Virus record (IMG/VR): IMGVR_UViG_3300023239_000006
Span: 1-64,000 of that record
Source: an uncultured virus (IMG/VR IMGVR_UViG_3300023239_000006)
Taxonomy: Duplodnaviria; Heunggongvirae; Uroviricota; Caudoviricetes
Length of the DNA: 64,000 nucleotides
Reading direction: 5' to 3' (one strand)
The notes below the pieces were generated by a model. That model was given only the letters and a program-made list of their open reading frames with translations, did no database searches and was not told where the DNA came from. Numbering within the stretch: position 1 is the first letter of the stretch; each line of letters begins with the position of its first letter. Made by a program: the position numbers and the translations under genes. Shown in pieces: positions 37,001 to 47,803 of the stretch.

Positions 37001-40000
37001 CTCCATAAGAGTTATTGCCATTAGTAGCTCTGATTCGTCCGCCGTTTTCAGCTAGGTATGCTATGTGTGCATAGTATGAGAACACAGATACTAACTCTGC
37101 ACGACCATTGTTGGTGATCCAAGCACCGATACCGTCTGATATTACCTGCGTAAAGTCATTAGATACTATAGAATCGTTACCGCCATTATGCAATGCGCCG
37201 TCAATTTTTTGTCCTACTGCTCCGTTACCAAATGTAGTTAACCCTTGCACATACGGTGAACGGCTGATAATCCATGTACGGAAGTCATTTGGTCCCCAAC
37301 CTGGATCTAAACTTGCATATGCTCCAGCTGACACGCGGCTAGTGCCAAATTCATTTTCTGCTAACATGTCACCTGTTAGTCCAACTAATGTCTGATCTCG
37401 TAATCCAGTGCCATCACGTAGATAATACATATCTTCTTCTAGACTTCCAAGCACTGCATTTGCATAATAACGTGAAGCAAATCTTGATTGATAGTTAGAA
37501 GTATATTTCAAATCCCACTTTAGTGCGTCAATGTATGTACCAACATCTCGTGCGCATGACTCTGTGTTGTAAGCTAAATTAACAGCCATTGACCCTGTAT
37601 CGTCAGTAAATAATGCAGCAGTTCCATAACGTGTTGTGGATACTGTAAAGGTAGTTGAGCTAACTACACTTTGAACATAATACCTAGTACCTACGGTAAT
37701 CCCGCCAAATGTTGTGCCACTGAATACAATCTCAGCGTTTCTTTTTAACCAGCTAGTATCGCTAATTGTAATTACGTTAGTAGTCACAGCGGTAGCAGTA
37801 TCACTAAAGGTATTAGCAATATATGCATTAACTTCTGCTACAATAAATGATCGGTTAAGTTCAAGTTGTAAGATTGCATAATCTCTGTTACGTAATTCTG
37901 TTGAACAAACATTTCCTTCATTTGATCCGCTGTAGATAATCGTAGTAATCAAAGGCATCAATATGTTTATACGTGCAATCGCAGTTGCATCACTACTCAC
38001 ATTAGCAATAGCCTGTGTTCGAGCATACTCAATTGCTTCTATAGTAACTGCCTTTTGTCCTAAAGTATATACTTCAGCAGCGTTATCTCTCAAATAAGAC
38101 TGTGCTGCAATAATTGATTTAAAGTTAGTAGACACATTATTAGCTGCAACATTACCAAGCATAAAATCGTAGCCAACAGCTTTTAGAATAATACCAATAT
38201 CTCTTGAACACTTTGCACTATCGTATGTTAATGCCGGATATTGTGCATTAATATAGGAGATTGTATTTGCTCTAATAGTTGCTGCTGCTGAATTCAATGC
38301 ACTATATGCACCAATTAATGCAGTAGTAGAGCTTACTCCGTCAGTAGTAGCTGGGTCAGATAATGTTACGGTAGATCCAACTGCGCCAGGACCAGTATCG
38401 ATAATTTCAATAATTGCATCTAAACTATTACCAATAAGTGTTGACGATTCTGCACTGCCTACTGTATCAGTATACGGTGTAATCACAGTCTGTAGTGGAG
38501 TAAATGCGCTACCGAGTGCAACTGCCTGCATTCTAGTTTTTAAAAATGCAAGTCCGGCAAGTGTTGCTGGTTTAAATGATGCAGAAAGTATTGATTTAGC
38601 AATAGTACTGTCAGCACTGTCGCCATCAAAATATGCTAGACCAGCAGTAACACTTTGAGAGTTTCCGCCGTAAGTTAAGTCATATATCACGGCATCAATT
38701 GCATACCCAGTATCTCTTCGATTAGCAGTTCTACTATATTTTGTATCAGCTTTAATTATAGTAGATGGCACTGTTTGAAACTTACTTACTTCGTATGTAC
38801 CAATTTCACCAGTAGCGCCTGAAAGTTGTTTATCGATACGTGTGCCTTGAATTACACTTTCACCGTGAATTAATGCATCATTAGTAACCACGCCACTTTC
38901 AACTGAAGTAACAGTTAACACATTTCCAGCAATTGATCCAGTAAATGCTAGAGAACTGTATGAATTTTTAAGATACGTAATTACTTCTTCTTGCAAGAAC
39001 TTTTTGTTTTCTTTAATTAATTTTCTAGCATTACCATATCCTGCTAGATAGCCGGCATTGTAGCCCACAGGATCTATAAGATTTGTAGTATGCAATGTGC
39101 CTAAGCGATAATCACTTTGCAACTTAATTACGTCAACTAATTGAGTAACGGCAACATTTTCTGCTACATCAGCGAATGGCCAATTTGCGCTTTGTGCTAC
39201 AATGTTTCCGGTTGTCGGTGTGACTGTGCTGCCTGTAACAATATTGCCAATAAATCCACTAATGTGTGCCAGAGAGCTAAGGCTGTAGTAGCTATCTGAA
39301 ATATCAACTAAGCTGCCTGCTGGACCAACATTAGTAGAACGTAGTTCGTCACCTTGTATACAAGTGTTTGCTGGTACAATAATTGGCAATGTTTCACGAT
39401 ACTGCCCAGTTGCTACATTAATTAATGTGAACGGTACGTATCTTGCAGGAATTGTAGGTAACGGTCCAACTTGTGTAGGATTAGCTAGTGCATCGGTAAT
39501 AATGGCCACTAGTAAAGTAATAGTTGTTAGTACTCCTGCTTCTGCAACTAATGTAATATCAATAAATTGTCCAGCAATTGCTGTAGAATCATCTGTTACA
39601 TTTTGATATGCAACTGCAGGTGCTTGGTTAGCTAACACTGCTGCAACAACCACTAGCAGATAATTATATGCTGCGATTCCTTGAGCTGTTTCTGACGATA
39701 ATGTAGAATATGGTGCATCTTCTTCGGCTACTGAAAATGGTCCATCGACTAAAAGTCCTAGCAAAGATTGAGCTGCTGCTCTAATCTTTAAATTGCCTCC
39801 ATGCCCAATATCCCACTGTAGTCTGTCAACAACGAACCCAATATCTCTTGCGCACTTGGCATCTTCGTATACAAAGTTTTCCCAAATGCTGTCAGAAGTT
39901 GCATTTGCAACTTGATAGTCAATCCAGCTAGTAACTTCACGTTGAATAAACACGCGGTTCAGTTCTAATAGTCGTTGTGCGCTAGGGTTACGTGGTCCGT

Positions 40001-41450
40001 TTTCAACTTGCTCACATGCGTATCGGATTGTTTTAAACGGCTTATCTAAAGTTTTGCCTTGTACTGGACTTGGTGCGTCGGAACCATGTGGTGCAACATA
40101 ATACACTTGGTCAGCAGCACCTAATGACACCCATTCTGGATCGTCTGCTCCTGCACGTAAAACTTGTCCTTCAGTACCAATTGGTAACCTAGTTGGGCCT
40201 GCTCCGCCAAAGTACACTAAATCGCCACGAGTAGTTAATACAGATACTTCTGTACCGATAGATAACAGATTCCAGTACGTACCACTAATATCTTGGTCTG
40301 GACGGCTGTTTACATTGCCGCCGCCTTGTGGATCATTGCCAATAGTTGATCCATCGTCTGCTTCAGATTTATGACCCAATACACAGATATAAGCATTTGA
40401 TCCGTAACGGACTGCATCTCCCAATTTGTATATAACATCATCTACCCACTCGGCTTGCCATGAAATACCAGAATTAAGTTTTTGCCAGTATGTTAAGTTT
40501 GGCGGTTCTTGATTTGTACTGTCTGCGGTGGCAATATATGTGTATCCGCGTTGGCTAATTACATTACCGACACGATAGGCAGTTGCACTACTCCATTCTG
40601 ATTCGAACGTAATGCCTTCACTAAATAATGACCAGATAGCAGTACTTGTACTAGGCGTTGCATTGAAATGGTTAGTTATTGCAATATATTGATTGCCGCC
40701 GTAACGTACAATATCACCTATCTGGTAGACTGTTGAACTGTTCCAATTATCTTCAAATTGTACACCCTCAACAAACTGACTCCAGTACGCGGAACTATCA
40801 GTAATGAAGTTAGTAGTAGAAATGTGTTTATCTATACAAATCCATAATCCTGCACCTTGTTTAACAATATCGTTAAGTTTGTAAAGTACTGAGCTTCCAC
40901 TCCATGCGCCTTTATATTCTAATCCGGCGTTAAACTCGTCCCAATTTGCGGCGTTGGCTTCTAATCCTAATAGTTCAGTAGCTGCTGAAGTATGTCCGGT
41001 CTTACAAACATATGTGTATGCGCCGGTTCTAACTAGATCGCCGATTTTGTATCGAGTACTAATTGTCCAGGTGTTTTTCCACTCGGTACCTTCAGCAAAT
41101 ACATCCCAATTGTCTGGCAAATTAGCTTCAAGCCCTAGTGCTAAGGTAGCAGCCGATGTGTGAGAATTTGTACAGATATATAAAAGAGCTCCGTATTTTA
41201 CAACATCGTTATCTTTATAAAATGTACCTACAGTCCAGTCACTTTTCCATTCTTGACCGTCTGTCATTTGATTCCATTTTGTTGGATTGTAATCAAGATT
41301 GGTATAGAAGTCGGCAGCGGCTGTGTGTCCTACAGTACAAATATAGGTTTTGCCGCCGTTTCTAACTACATCGTCAACATAATATGTTGTACCGGTGATC
41401 CATACATCTTTCCATACAAATCTAATTCTACCTAATTTAAATTCTGCCAT
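34074..41450 (-). CDS. Giant virion/fibre protein (2458 aa): carbohydrate-binding-like repeats, beta-helix and propeller regions
   Basis: Repeated W....Y..GD.V.YG...Y units; SPYVQ..T.FG; W.S..YG...FVAV repeats; paralog of the next gene. Confidence 0.75.
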   Translation of the reverse strand: MAEFKLGRIRFVWKDVWITGTTYYVDDVVRNGGKTYICTVGHTAAADFYTNLDYNPTKWNQMTDGQEWKSDWTVGTFYKDNDVVKYGALLYICTNSHTSAATLALGLEANLPDNWDVFAEGTEWKNTWTISTRYKIGDLVRTGAYTYVCKTGHTSAATELLGLEANAANWDEFNAGLEYKGAWSGSSVLYKLNDIVKQGAGLWICIDKHISTTNFITDSSAYWSQFVEGVQFEDNWNSSTVYQIGDIVRYGGNQYIAITNHFNATPSTSTAIWSLFSEGITFESEWSSATAYRVGNVISQRGYTYIATADSTNQEPPNLTYWQKLNSGISWQAEWVDDVIYKLGDAVRYGSNAYICVLGHKSEADDGSTIGNDPQGGGNVNSRPDQDISGTYWNLLSIGTEVSVLTTRGDLVYFGGAGPTRLPIGTEGQVLRAGADDPEWVSLGAADQVYYVAPHGSDAPSPVQGKTLDKPFKTIRYACEQVENGPRNPSAQRLLELNRVFIQREVTSWIDYQVANATSDSIWENFVYEDAKCARDIGFVVDRLQWDIGHGGNLKIRAAAQSLLGLLVDGPFSVAEEDAPYSTLSSETAQGIAAYNYLLVVVAAVLANQAPAVAYQNVTDDSTAIAGQFIDITLVAEAGVLTTITLLVAIITDALANPTQVGPLPTIPARYVPFTLINVATGQYRETLPIIVPANTCIQGDELRSTNVGPAGSLVDISDSYYSLSSLAHISGFIGNIVTGSTVTPTTGNIVAQSANWPFADVAENVAVTQLVDVIKLQSDYRLGTLHTTNLIDPVGYNAGYLAGYGNARKLIKENKKFLQEEVITYLKNSYSSLAFTGSIAGNVLTVTSVESGVVTNDALIHGESVIQGTRIDKQLSGATGEIGTYEVSKFQTVPSTIIKADTKYSRTANRRDTGYAIDAVIYDLTYGGNSQSVTAGLAYFDGDSADSTIAKSILSASFKPATLAGLAFLKTRMQAVALGSAFTPLQTVITPYTDTVGSAESSTLIGNSLDAIIEIIDTGPGAVGSTVTLSDPATTDGVSSTTALIGAYSALNSAAATIRANTISYINAQYPALTYDSAKCSRDIGIILKAVGYDFMLGNVAANNVSTNFKSIIAAQSYLRDNAAEVYTLGQKAVTIEAIEYARTQAIANVSSDATAIARINILMPLITTIIYSGSNEGNVCSTELRNRDYAILQLELNRSFIVAEVNAYIANTFSDTATAVTTNVITISDTSWLKRNAEIVFSGTTFGGITVGTRYYVQSVVSSTTFTVSTTRYGTAALFTDDTGSMAVNLAYNTESCARDVGTYIDALKWDLKYTSNYQSRFASRYYANAVLGSLEEDMYYLRDGTGLRDQTLVGLTGDMLAENEFGTSRVSAGAYASLDPGWGPNDFRTWIISRSPYVQGLTTFGNGAVGQKIDGALHNGGNDSIVSNDFTQVISDGIGAWITNNGRAELVSVFSYYAHIAYLAENGGRIRATNGNNSYGDFGSVAEGFDDRETPNTAVVDNILQFVATVGNVTTTGAQFIGLEFSNAGIDYTDAQFVLTGGGINATSEADEFRDDAVYQVRLVQLAEDGLNGEFGGSGYLTNSNTAQAGSTTQITLAATDSTISTGYIGMKVVITGGTGVGQFGIIDTYNTGTKIATIITESTGAAGWEHFVAGTTIASPDASTTYTVEPRLTFTAPSYASAAGTGLPTAGTYTDVKFASAVTTYLGVAGTGGTGTGATFNVIKKGTKYLVSIAAAGTGYVRLNTLTIAGTSLGGVSTTNDITITITAINSLSGAVLAVDTTGSGVGGNFVALLSGSATAETSIGGTWTSRTLSASRDWIAAASGQDITAITADSLVAGTAYKITVLGDSLFNTVGAVNNFVGTTFIATGATTGTGTVVAVNSIIVAIATGSNTTTRSVDGGINWTAGGNLPATTTWTSIAYGGGVWVAVATGGTANAYSTNGGLTWVAGAVLPASTTWTSVTYGAGKFVAVASGGTQAAYSINYGLTWVTAALPSSTNWKSVEFGNNRFVAVSSTSGTAAAFSLDGITWVASTIISAAYLSVAYGQGTFVAVGAGTTAASSPDGVVWTSRTISTSNSVAVVFGNTNRIGKFVTISNSGASNVSVITASTRARARAQVANGKIFAINILEPGSGYASLPTMTITDPNNIFEAPFTVRTGKGTLANPSFINRGIQYETASAEIGSGDGFADNYQTGSFVAVRQLATRPVAGSNVVFDGVPGVTFKLVNIVTFLGTNDGEYTAFLQISPQLTISQAPEHLEGVTTRLRYSQVRLTGHDFLDIGTGSFTESNYPNDPLQDPIPGNETVEADGGRVFFTSTDQDGNFRVGSLFAIEQSTGIATLNADAFNISGLQELNLGNVTLGGGSATITEFSTDPFFTADSDNIVPTQRAIKAFIASQIGGGGASLNVNSVTAGAIFISSNVITTVTGTPIKMNATFEFRGGVIGLPLAFNYFLN

Positions 41451-41495
41451 TTTCTACTCCGTATCTTATATTTATGTATCTGTTATTACTATTGT

Positions 41496-44400
41496 TTAGA
41501 ATGATTTATAAAACATAGTTTGTGCTAGTATACTGCCGCTGACGCCTGCAAACTCGCCTTCAAATTTTGCGAGTTTAGGAAAGATTATTTTTGACCCAGC
41601 AGTATTTCCCATTTTATCTGGACCTACTAGTACTGTACCTGCAATAAAACTTCCCACTGCAATTTCTGATCCACCAATACTTAATCTTCCTGCCAAGTAC
41701 GCACGAATTGCTCGTTGTGTAGGAACTACATTATTAGAATCTGCAGTAAATAACGAATCTGTTGAAAATTCCCTAACTACTGCTCCAGTACCTCCTACTC
41801 TAATACCACCCAAGGTCAATTCTGTCAATCCGCTAAAGTCAAAGAAGTCTGCACTAATTGTAACAGTACCAGTTGCCTGTTCTACAGCAAATAATTCGCC
41901 TGTTCTAAAATTACCTGATTGATCAGTACTTGTATAGAATACGCGGCCACCGCCTGTTTCAACAATTTCGTTTTCTGGAGAAGGTGTATAAAATCCTGAA
42001 TATAATAGTGGGTAATTAGTTTCTTGAAAATTGCCAGTTCCGACGTCTAAAAAGTCGTGTCCAGTAATTCGACATTGGCTATATCGTGATCTAATGGATA
42101 CCTGAGTATTGTGTTGTAGGTTATCTCTAACTGTAATTTCCGGACTAATTCGAATCCTTGCAGCAAGTCCTTGATCAGTTTGCCCAATTGGTGTAATTGC
42201 AACTAATGTGAAAATACCCTCGAGACCAGCAATAGTTAGCTGTGCGCCAGGTCCTGGATAATTTTCCAACTCGTTTATAACAATAAATTTACCGGACGGA
42301 ATAATGTCAGCGAATCCATTTCCAGCTATTGTAATTTTAGTAGAATTAGTACGATATCCCAACCCTCGGTTAATCCATGTTGGATTAGGTAATACTCCGT
42401 CTCCGACTCTACTTTCAAGTAGCACATCAGATGTATTATTTGGATCAATTAGCGTAATCGCAGGACCATCAAGATAGCCTGATCCCGGATCCCATAATCT
42501 AATCTCTGATATTTTGCCTGCTACAACAGTTGCTCTTCCTAACGCTCTAGCTCCTGTTAACACTTTGTTAAATTTATCAGTAGCCGCAGGAACTACTACC
42601 CACATTGGTGAACGTTTTCCTATAGACGAGTCTCTTGACGCAATGTAAGGATTTCCAAAGCCAACTGCTTCCCATGATTGCTCTGATGCTAATTCTCTGT
42701 TAGTCCAAACTATGCCGTCGAATGATGTTGCTGCGAAAGTTGTAGGTCCTGCAGTAGCATCAGCGCCGACTAATCGTGCTCCAGTATCGCCAATAGCAAA
42801 GAATACGCCTTGGGCGTATCTAATTTTCTTCCAATTGTGTGAAGTTGATCCGTCCTGACTTGGCATCGTTCCTGGATACCATTCTACTCCATCAAAGCTG
42901 TATCCGACGTCACCAGTAGATGATATTGCCACAAATCTATTATTGCCATATGCAATACTTTGCCAAGACTTGTTAGATGAGTCAGCAATAACATCCATTG
43001 TGCGAGGAGTCCATGTAATAATACCGTCTTCACTGTTATATACTCCAATTCCAACATAGTTTCCACTATTTGACAATGCTACAAATTTTCTTGCGCCGTA
43101 GGCTATGTCAACCCATTCGCTAAAACTTGAGTCGCCAAATTCTGGTAAATTAGTTGATGTCCAAGTAGTTCCGTTAGTACTAATAGCTCCTGCATCTAAA
43201 TCACCAGCAACTGCAACAAATATACCGTTACCGTAAACAACTGAGTTCCAAAGCCTACTTGCTGGCATCGTTCTAGCAGTCCATGTTATTCCGTCCAATG
43301 AACTAGCTGCGGCATTACTTCCTGTACGGATGGCTACAAATTTGTTATCGCCTGCGGCTGTACATTTCCAGTCTCCCGCAGTAGGTAAAGTAAATGATTC
43401 CCATGTGTCTCCGTCGCCGCTATAAAGGCCTGCTGTTCCGCCTGACGAGATAACAACAAATTTACCGCTTGATGCTTCGATGCCGTTTCCTGCTCCGAAT
43501 GTTCTCTGATCAATAGCTAAAATTGAGTTAGTGCTGTCATCACTAGCAGAAGTTACTACAAGTAACAAATCGTTTAATGGAGTTTCTCCGCCGATTTTTT
43601 CTCCAGTAATTATTAACTGGTCGCCAACAAGGTACCCTGAACCTGCCGTTGCAATATCAACAGTGTAATCTCTTCCAATTTTAGTAATAGTAAAAGTTGC
43701 GGCAGTTACTACTAGGCCATCACGACCATCGACACTGCCAGTGCCTGTACCGGCTGTTAACTCTGTATATGTTTCAGTAGTTTCACCGTAGGCAATATCA
43801 GTCCAAGTAGTACTAACAGGAGTAGTAACTTCAGCAGCAATGTACTGAGGAGCTGCAAAGATAATTCTTGGCTCTATTCGATATGTAGTTCCAGTAGTTA
43901 ACGGTATAGTTGCTGGCTTTCCCGGAACAACATGATCCCAGCCGGGCTGATCGTCACTTTCTCTATAAACTGTGAGAACTTTACTTGTATTATTGTAAGC
44001 TGTTACGTAACCATATTGTCCAGTACCTGGTCCGCTAGTTAACACAATTCTCATGCCTAGATAATTAGATTGTGCGTTTGGATCATTAGTTGCTAGAGTG
44101 ATAGTTGTTGCGTTTCCTGTTTGTGCGTTGTTCTGAACAATGATGTAGCCGCCGCCGCCGATATCCTGTGTGATAGTCTCACTGACATCTAAACGACGTG
44201 CTTCAAACACTGCGTCATCTCTAAATTCTTCAAATAATACTTCAGCGTCTACTCCAGCTCCTACAAAGGTAGCAGTTGCTTGTGTATAATCTTGTCCAGC
44301 ATTAGTCCACTCAAATATTTGAATCTCATCAACGAAGTCGCCGGCAAACGCCGATGATATAATTGCCTCGTTGGCTCTAGTACCAACTGCTGCTGCTACA

Positions 44401-47075
44401 GGTACTTCTGTTAGGTCAACTCCAGATGCAATGGCTCCAAACGTACCGTATGAACTGTTACCGTTAGTTGCACGAATAATTCCGCCGTTTTGAGTTAAGT
44501 AGCCAATGTGTGCATAATACGAGAAAACAGATACAAGCTCTCCTCTACCATTATTCGTAACCCATGCACCAATACCATCACTGATTACTTGTGTAAAGTC
44601 GTTAGATACAATAGATCTATTTCCGCCATTATGTAAGTTACCGTCGATCTTTTGCCCAGTACATCCAGTACCAAATGTAGTAACTCCTTGAATATAAGGA
44701 GAACGATTAATAATCCAAGTACGATTATCAGCTGGACCCCAGCCTGGATCTAATGATATATATGCTCCAGCAGTGGGCACTCTAAAAATATCAGCCACTC
44801 CTAACGGATTTAAGACTCCAGCTAACCCTGTTAATGTACAGTTTCTAACTCCAGTAGTATCGCGGCAGTAAAACATATCTTCAGTTGCTGAGCCTAATAC
44901 CGAATTACGATAGCATCTTGCTGCTAATTTTGATTTATAATTACCAGTATAGATAATGTCATACTTCCATGCATCAATGTATCTACTTAAGTCTGCTTTA
45001 ACTAGCTCGCTATCAAAATTGTAGTCTGGGTGAGTAAATTCAATAAATGCAACAGCTTCAGCAATTATGAACTGTCTGTTAGCTTCGAGAATACGCACAG
45101 CATTTACGTATCCAGCTGATGTAATCGCAACGTTACTACCGACTAATGTCGGATCAATTCCAGTTGAATTAACATAAAAATTAATATAATTTTTAATATC
45201 TAAAATTAATAGTTGAATATCAGTTGCGGCTTGTTGATCAGCTACTACCACCCCTGTAGAAGTTGATGTTGTAGAAATACCATACTCATCTATAACTGTT
45301 TCTGAAACTGTTTCAGTTAATATTACTTGATCTTTTAAATTTCCAACAGTTTTTGGCGGTATTAATTCTGTACCTCCAATTACTCCTTCAATTACTTGTG
45401 AAATTCTAGTTAACACTGCAATAGTGTAAGCACTATCTAATGCCAATGATGCAATCGGTCCAGCGGCATTTATCACAGTAGTTCTTAACTCTGAGCCTAA
45501 CACCACTGTTCTTGCAGGGACACTTATTGGCAAAATTTCATCGTATGTGCCAGCGCCAACTTTTACTGTAGATGTTCCGGCAAATCCGTCGTCTAGTTGA
45601 TCACAGGCAAATCTAATTGTGCGCCATGGTTTAAATTGACTGTTTCCTTGTTGTGGATCAGAGGTATCATCAGTGCCATTGATATCTACGTAAACAACTC
45701 TGTTAGCTTGTCCGAAGATTTTATAGATAACACTATCTGTATTGTTAATAGCAACTACCTGTCCAGGAGTTCCAATATTAACTGCTGCTGCGCCAAATGT
45801 ACTGCCGTCGCCTGCTGCGCCACGACTAAGATCATAAGTTAATAAATCTCCTCGAAGTCTAAGACCTGATTCAGAACCAGCTAATAGTACCAACTCCCAG
45901 TAGAAATATCCTGAGCCGTTATCTCCAGGATAATTCTGATCCGTTGACACATGCTCAGTTATCGATTTATATGTGCTTCCTAGAAAAATTACTAGATCGT
46001 TAGGAGAATAGCGATTGCCGTCAGCCCAAAAATTACGCCAGTTTTGGCCAACAGTAATAAGTTCCCAGTTTGTATCGTCTAGATAATCTAGACTACTGCC
46101 GTCGGCTGTTGTATCTAGTAATGCACTATAAGTGTTTCCGCCTCGGCGGACTAGGTCGCCTGTTTTATATAATCCAGTAACGCTCCAGTCGCCTCTAAAA
46201 TTAATATTCTTAGCTGCAATTTGCCAATCTATTGCATCAACTCTATCTTCTAATTGATAGATGCTGTTACTTGGATTGCTACCGTAATTATTAGTTAAAC
46301 TATAAAATAAGTACCCACCATGTTTAACCAAGTCACCGACTTGATATACCGTAGTAGTGTTCCACTCGTTACTAAACTGAAATCCTGGAAATTCAATTTC
46401 CCAATTTTCTTCTTGATTAAAGTTTAAAGTTGAGTCGCTGCCAGCAGTATGTCCTTTCTTACAACGGAATAATGTTCCACCAAATGTTGTTAGATCATTT
46501 TTACGATATCGAGTGCCATTTGCCCACTGTCCTACATATTCTACGCCGTCGTAAACAAGTTCCCACTTTTCTTGATCTGCTTCTAATCCGTCGCTAATTG
46601 AGCTTGCAGTATGTCCAGTAATAGCACGATACACAATACCATTGTATTTTACAACATCGCCTGCACCATACCGTGTACTATCAATCCAATCTGATTTAAA
46701 TGCTGAACCCTCAGTGTACACAATCCAATTACTAATATCGTCATCAAATATACTAGTTGAGGTATAGCTAACTGCACACAGATATAAGTTACCACCGTTT
46801 AATACGATGTCGCCGGGGTTATATAACGTAGATCCTGTCCAAGCTGAACGCCACGCATAACCGTCGGTCATTTTGCGCCATGCTGGTGTTGGATCTGTAT
46901 CGTTAGGATTTGCTAAAAATGTTTGGTCAGCAGCAAATGCCCCGGCAGTATGTTGTCTAAAACATACCCAAGAATAACCACCGTATTGTACTACATCATC
47001 TCTATTATACTCAGTTGAAAGAACCCATGTTCCTTTCCAGGTATATCGTAATCTACTGATCTTAAATTCTGCCAT
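41496..47075 (-). CDS. Giant virion/fibre protein (1859 aa), paralog
   Basis: Same architecture; shared MAEFK start and TGHDFLD.GTG.F / FTSTDQ.GNFR.G.LF..EQ.TG C-terminal block. Confidence 0.75.
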   Translation of the reverse strand: MAEFKISRLRYTWKGTWVLSTEYNRDDVVQYGGYSWVCFRQHTAGAFAADQTFLANPNDTDPTPAWRKMTDGYAWRSAWTGSTLYNPGDIVLNGGNLYLCAVSYTSTSIFDDDISNWIVYTEGSAFKSDWIDSTRYGAGDVVKYNGIVYRAITGHTASSISDGLEADQEKWELVYDGVEYVGQWANGTRYRKNDLTTFGGTLFRCKKGHTAGSDSTLNFNQEENWEIEFPGFQFSNEWNTTTVYQVGDLVKHGGYLFYSLTNNYGSNPSNSIYQLEDRVDAIDWQIAAKNINFRGDWSVTGLYKTGDLVRRGGNTYSALLDTTADGSSLDYLDDTNWELITVGQNWRNFWADGNRYSPNDLVIFLGSTYKSITEHVSTDQNYPGDNGSGYFYWELVLLAGSESGLRLRGDLLTYDLSRGAAGDGSTFGAAAVNIGTPGQVVAINNTDSVIYKIFGQANRVVYVDINGTDDTSDPQQGNSQFKPWRTIRFACDQLDDGFAGTSTVKVGAGTYDEILPISVPARTVVLGSELRTTVINAAGPIASLALDSAYTIAVLTRISQVIEGVIGGTELIPPKTVGNLKDQVILTETVSETVIDEYGISTTSTSTGVVVADQQAATDIQLLILDIKNYINFYVNSTGIDPTLVGSNVAITSAGYVNAVRILEANRQFIIAEAVAFIEFTHPDYNFDSELVKADLSRYIDAWKYDIIYTGNYKSKLAARCYRNSVLGSATEDMFYCRDTTGVRNCTLTGLAGVLNPLGVADIFRVPTAGAYISLDPGWGPADNRTWIINRSPYIQGVTTFGTGCTGQKIDGNLHNGGNRSIVSNDFTQVISDGIGAWVTNNGRGELVSVFSYYAHIGYLTQNGGIIRATNGNSSYGTFGAIASGVDLTEVPVAAAVGTRANEAIISSAFAGDFVDEIQIFEWTNAGQDYTQATATFVGAGVDAEVLFEEFRDDAVFEARRLDVSETITQDIGGGGYIIVQNNAQTGNATTITLATNDPNAQSNYLGMRIVLTSGPGTGQYGYVTAYNNTSKVLTVYRESDDQPGWDHVVPGKPATIPLTTGTTYRIEPRIIFAAPQYIAAEVTTPVSTTWTDIAYGETTETYTELTAGTGTGSVDGRDGLVVTAATFTITKIGRDYTVDIATAGSGYLVGDQLIITGEKIGGETPLNDLLLVVTSASDDSTNSILAIDQRTFGAGNGIEASSGKFVVISSGGTAGLYSGDGDTWESFTLPTAGDWKCTAAGDNKFVAIRTGSNAAASSLDGITWTARTMPASRLWNSVVYGNGIFVAVAGDLDAGAISTNGTTWTSTNLPEFGDSSFSEWVDIAYGARKFVALSNSGNYVGIGVYNSEDGIITWTPRTMDVIADSSNKSWQSIAYGNNRFVAISSTGDVGYSFDGVEWYPGTMPSQDGSTSHNWKKIRYAQGVFFAIGDTGARLVGADATAGPTTFAATSFDGIVWTNRELASEQSWEAVGFGNPYIASRDSSIGKRSPMWVVVPAATDKFNKVLTGARALGRATVVAGKISEIRLWDPGSGYLDGPAITLIDPNNTSDVLLESRVGDGVLPNPTWINRGLGYRTNSTKITIAGNGFADIIPSGKFIVINELENYPGPGAQLTIAGLEGIFTLVAITPIGQTDQGLAARIRISPEITVRDNLQHNTQVSIRSRYSQCRITGHDFLDVGTGNFQETNYPLLYSGFYTPSPENEIVETGGGRVFYTSTDQSGNFRTGELFAVEQATGTVTISADFFDFSGLTELTLGGIRVGGTGAVVREFSTDSLFTADSNNVVPTQRAIRAYLAGRLSIGGSEIAVGSFIAGTVLVGPDKMGNTAGSKIIFPKLAKFEGEFAGVSGSILAQTMFYKSF

Positions 47076-47087
47076 AATATATTCCGT

Positions 47088-47453
47088 TTAACTTGATGTA
47101 CCTGTTGGATACACGTATCCTTGATTTATTCGTTGTACTAATCGACCTTCTGCACCAATATAGTACAGCATATTTCTATTATCCCATCGATACTGAGTCC
47201 AATTTAAATTGTCATACTCAACTACATGATCGGCAGTAACACCTTCAAAATAATCAACACCAGGTTCAAAATCTTCAAAATTTTCCGAAGGAATTCCTGC
47301 AGTATTTAATTCAATCGAATCTTTATCTTTTAATTGATCACTACGCAGTAAAAATAATTCACCGTCATCGTTTCTACGAAGTGCGTACCAGTACCTAGGA
47401 CTATCTCCTAGGGCTTCATCTGGACTGGTACCTAAATAATATGGGCTTGGCAT
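47088..47453 (-). CDS. Hypothetical virion protein
   Basis: 121-aa ORF within a structural operon. Confidence 0.65.
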   Translation of the reverse strand: MPSPYYLGTSPDEALGDSPRYWYALRRNDDGELFLLRSDQLKDKDSIELNTAGIPSENFEDFEPGVDYFEGVTADHVVEYDNLNWTQYRWDNRNMLYYIGAEGRLVQRINQGYVYPTGTSS

Positions 47454-47463
47454 TAGTTTTTCC

Positions 47464-47796
47464 TTATGATATCTCTACGTAACTTACCGTAGCATCAATG
47501 CTGTCAGGGGTATCGCATACTAATCTTAACCCTGTTGTTGACGGAAGAATTAACTTTTCTCCCTGTGTAATTACTTTAACACTAGTATTTGGAGGAATTA
47601 CTAATCCTCGTATGTAATAACTTACTGTGGTGTCTGCTCCTACAACTTGTAGGTCAGCAACAACAGTATCATAATCTGTTATATTTGCAAGGTTACAACC
47701 AATTACAGTTGCTCTAACTCCTGCATCAATAGTTACTAGATCTTGAGGAACAGTTCCTATTTCTGTTACTAGTGCATGTCTAAATACGGTTGGCAT
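47464..47796 (-). CDS. Small virion protein
   Basis: 110 aa, similar pattern to 33733-34053. Confidence 0.6.
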   Translation of the reverse strand: MPTVFRHALVTEIGTVPQDLVTIDAGVRATVIGCNLANITDYDTVVADLQVVGADTTVSYYIRGLVIPPNTSVKVITQGEKLILPSTTGLRLVCDTPDSIDATVSYVEIS

Positions 47797-47803
47797 ATTA
47801 TAA

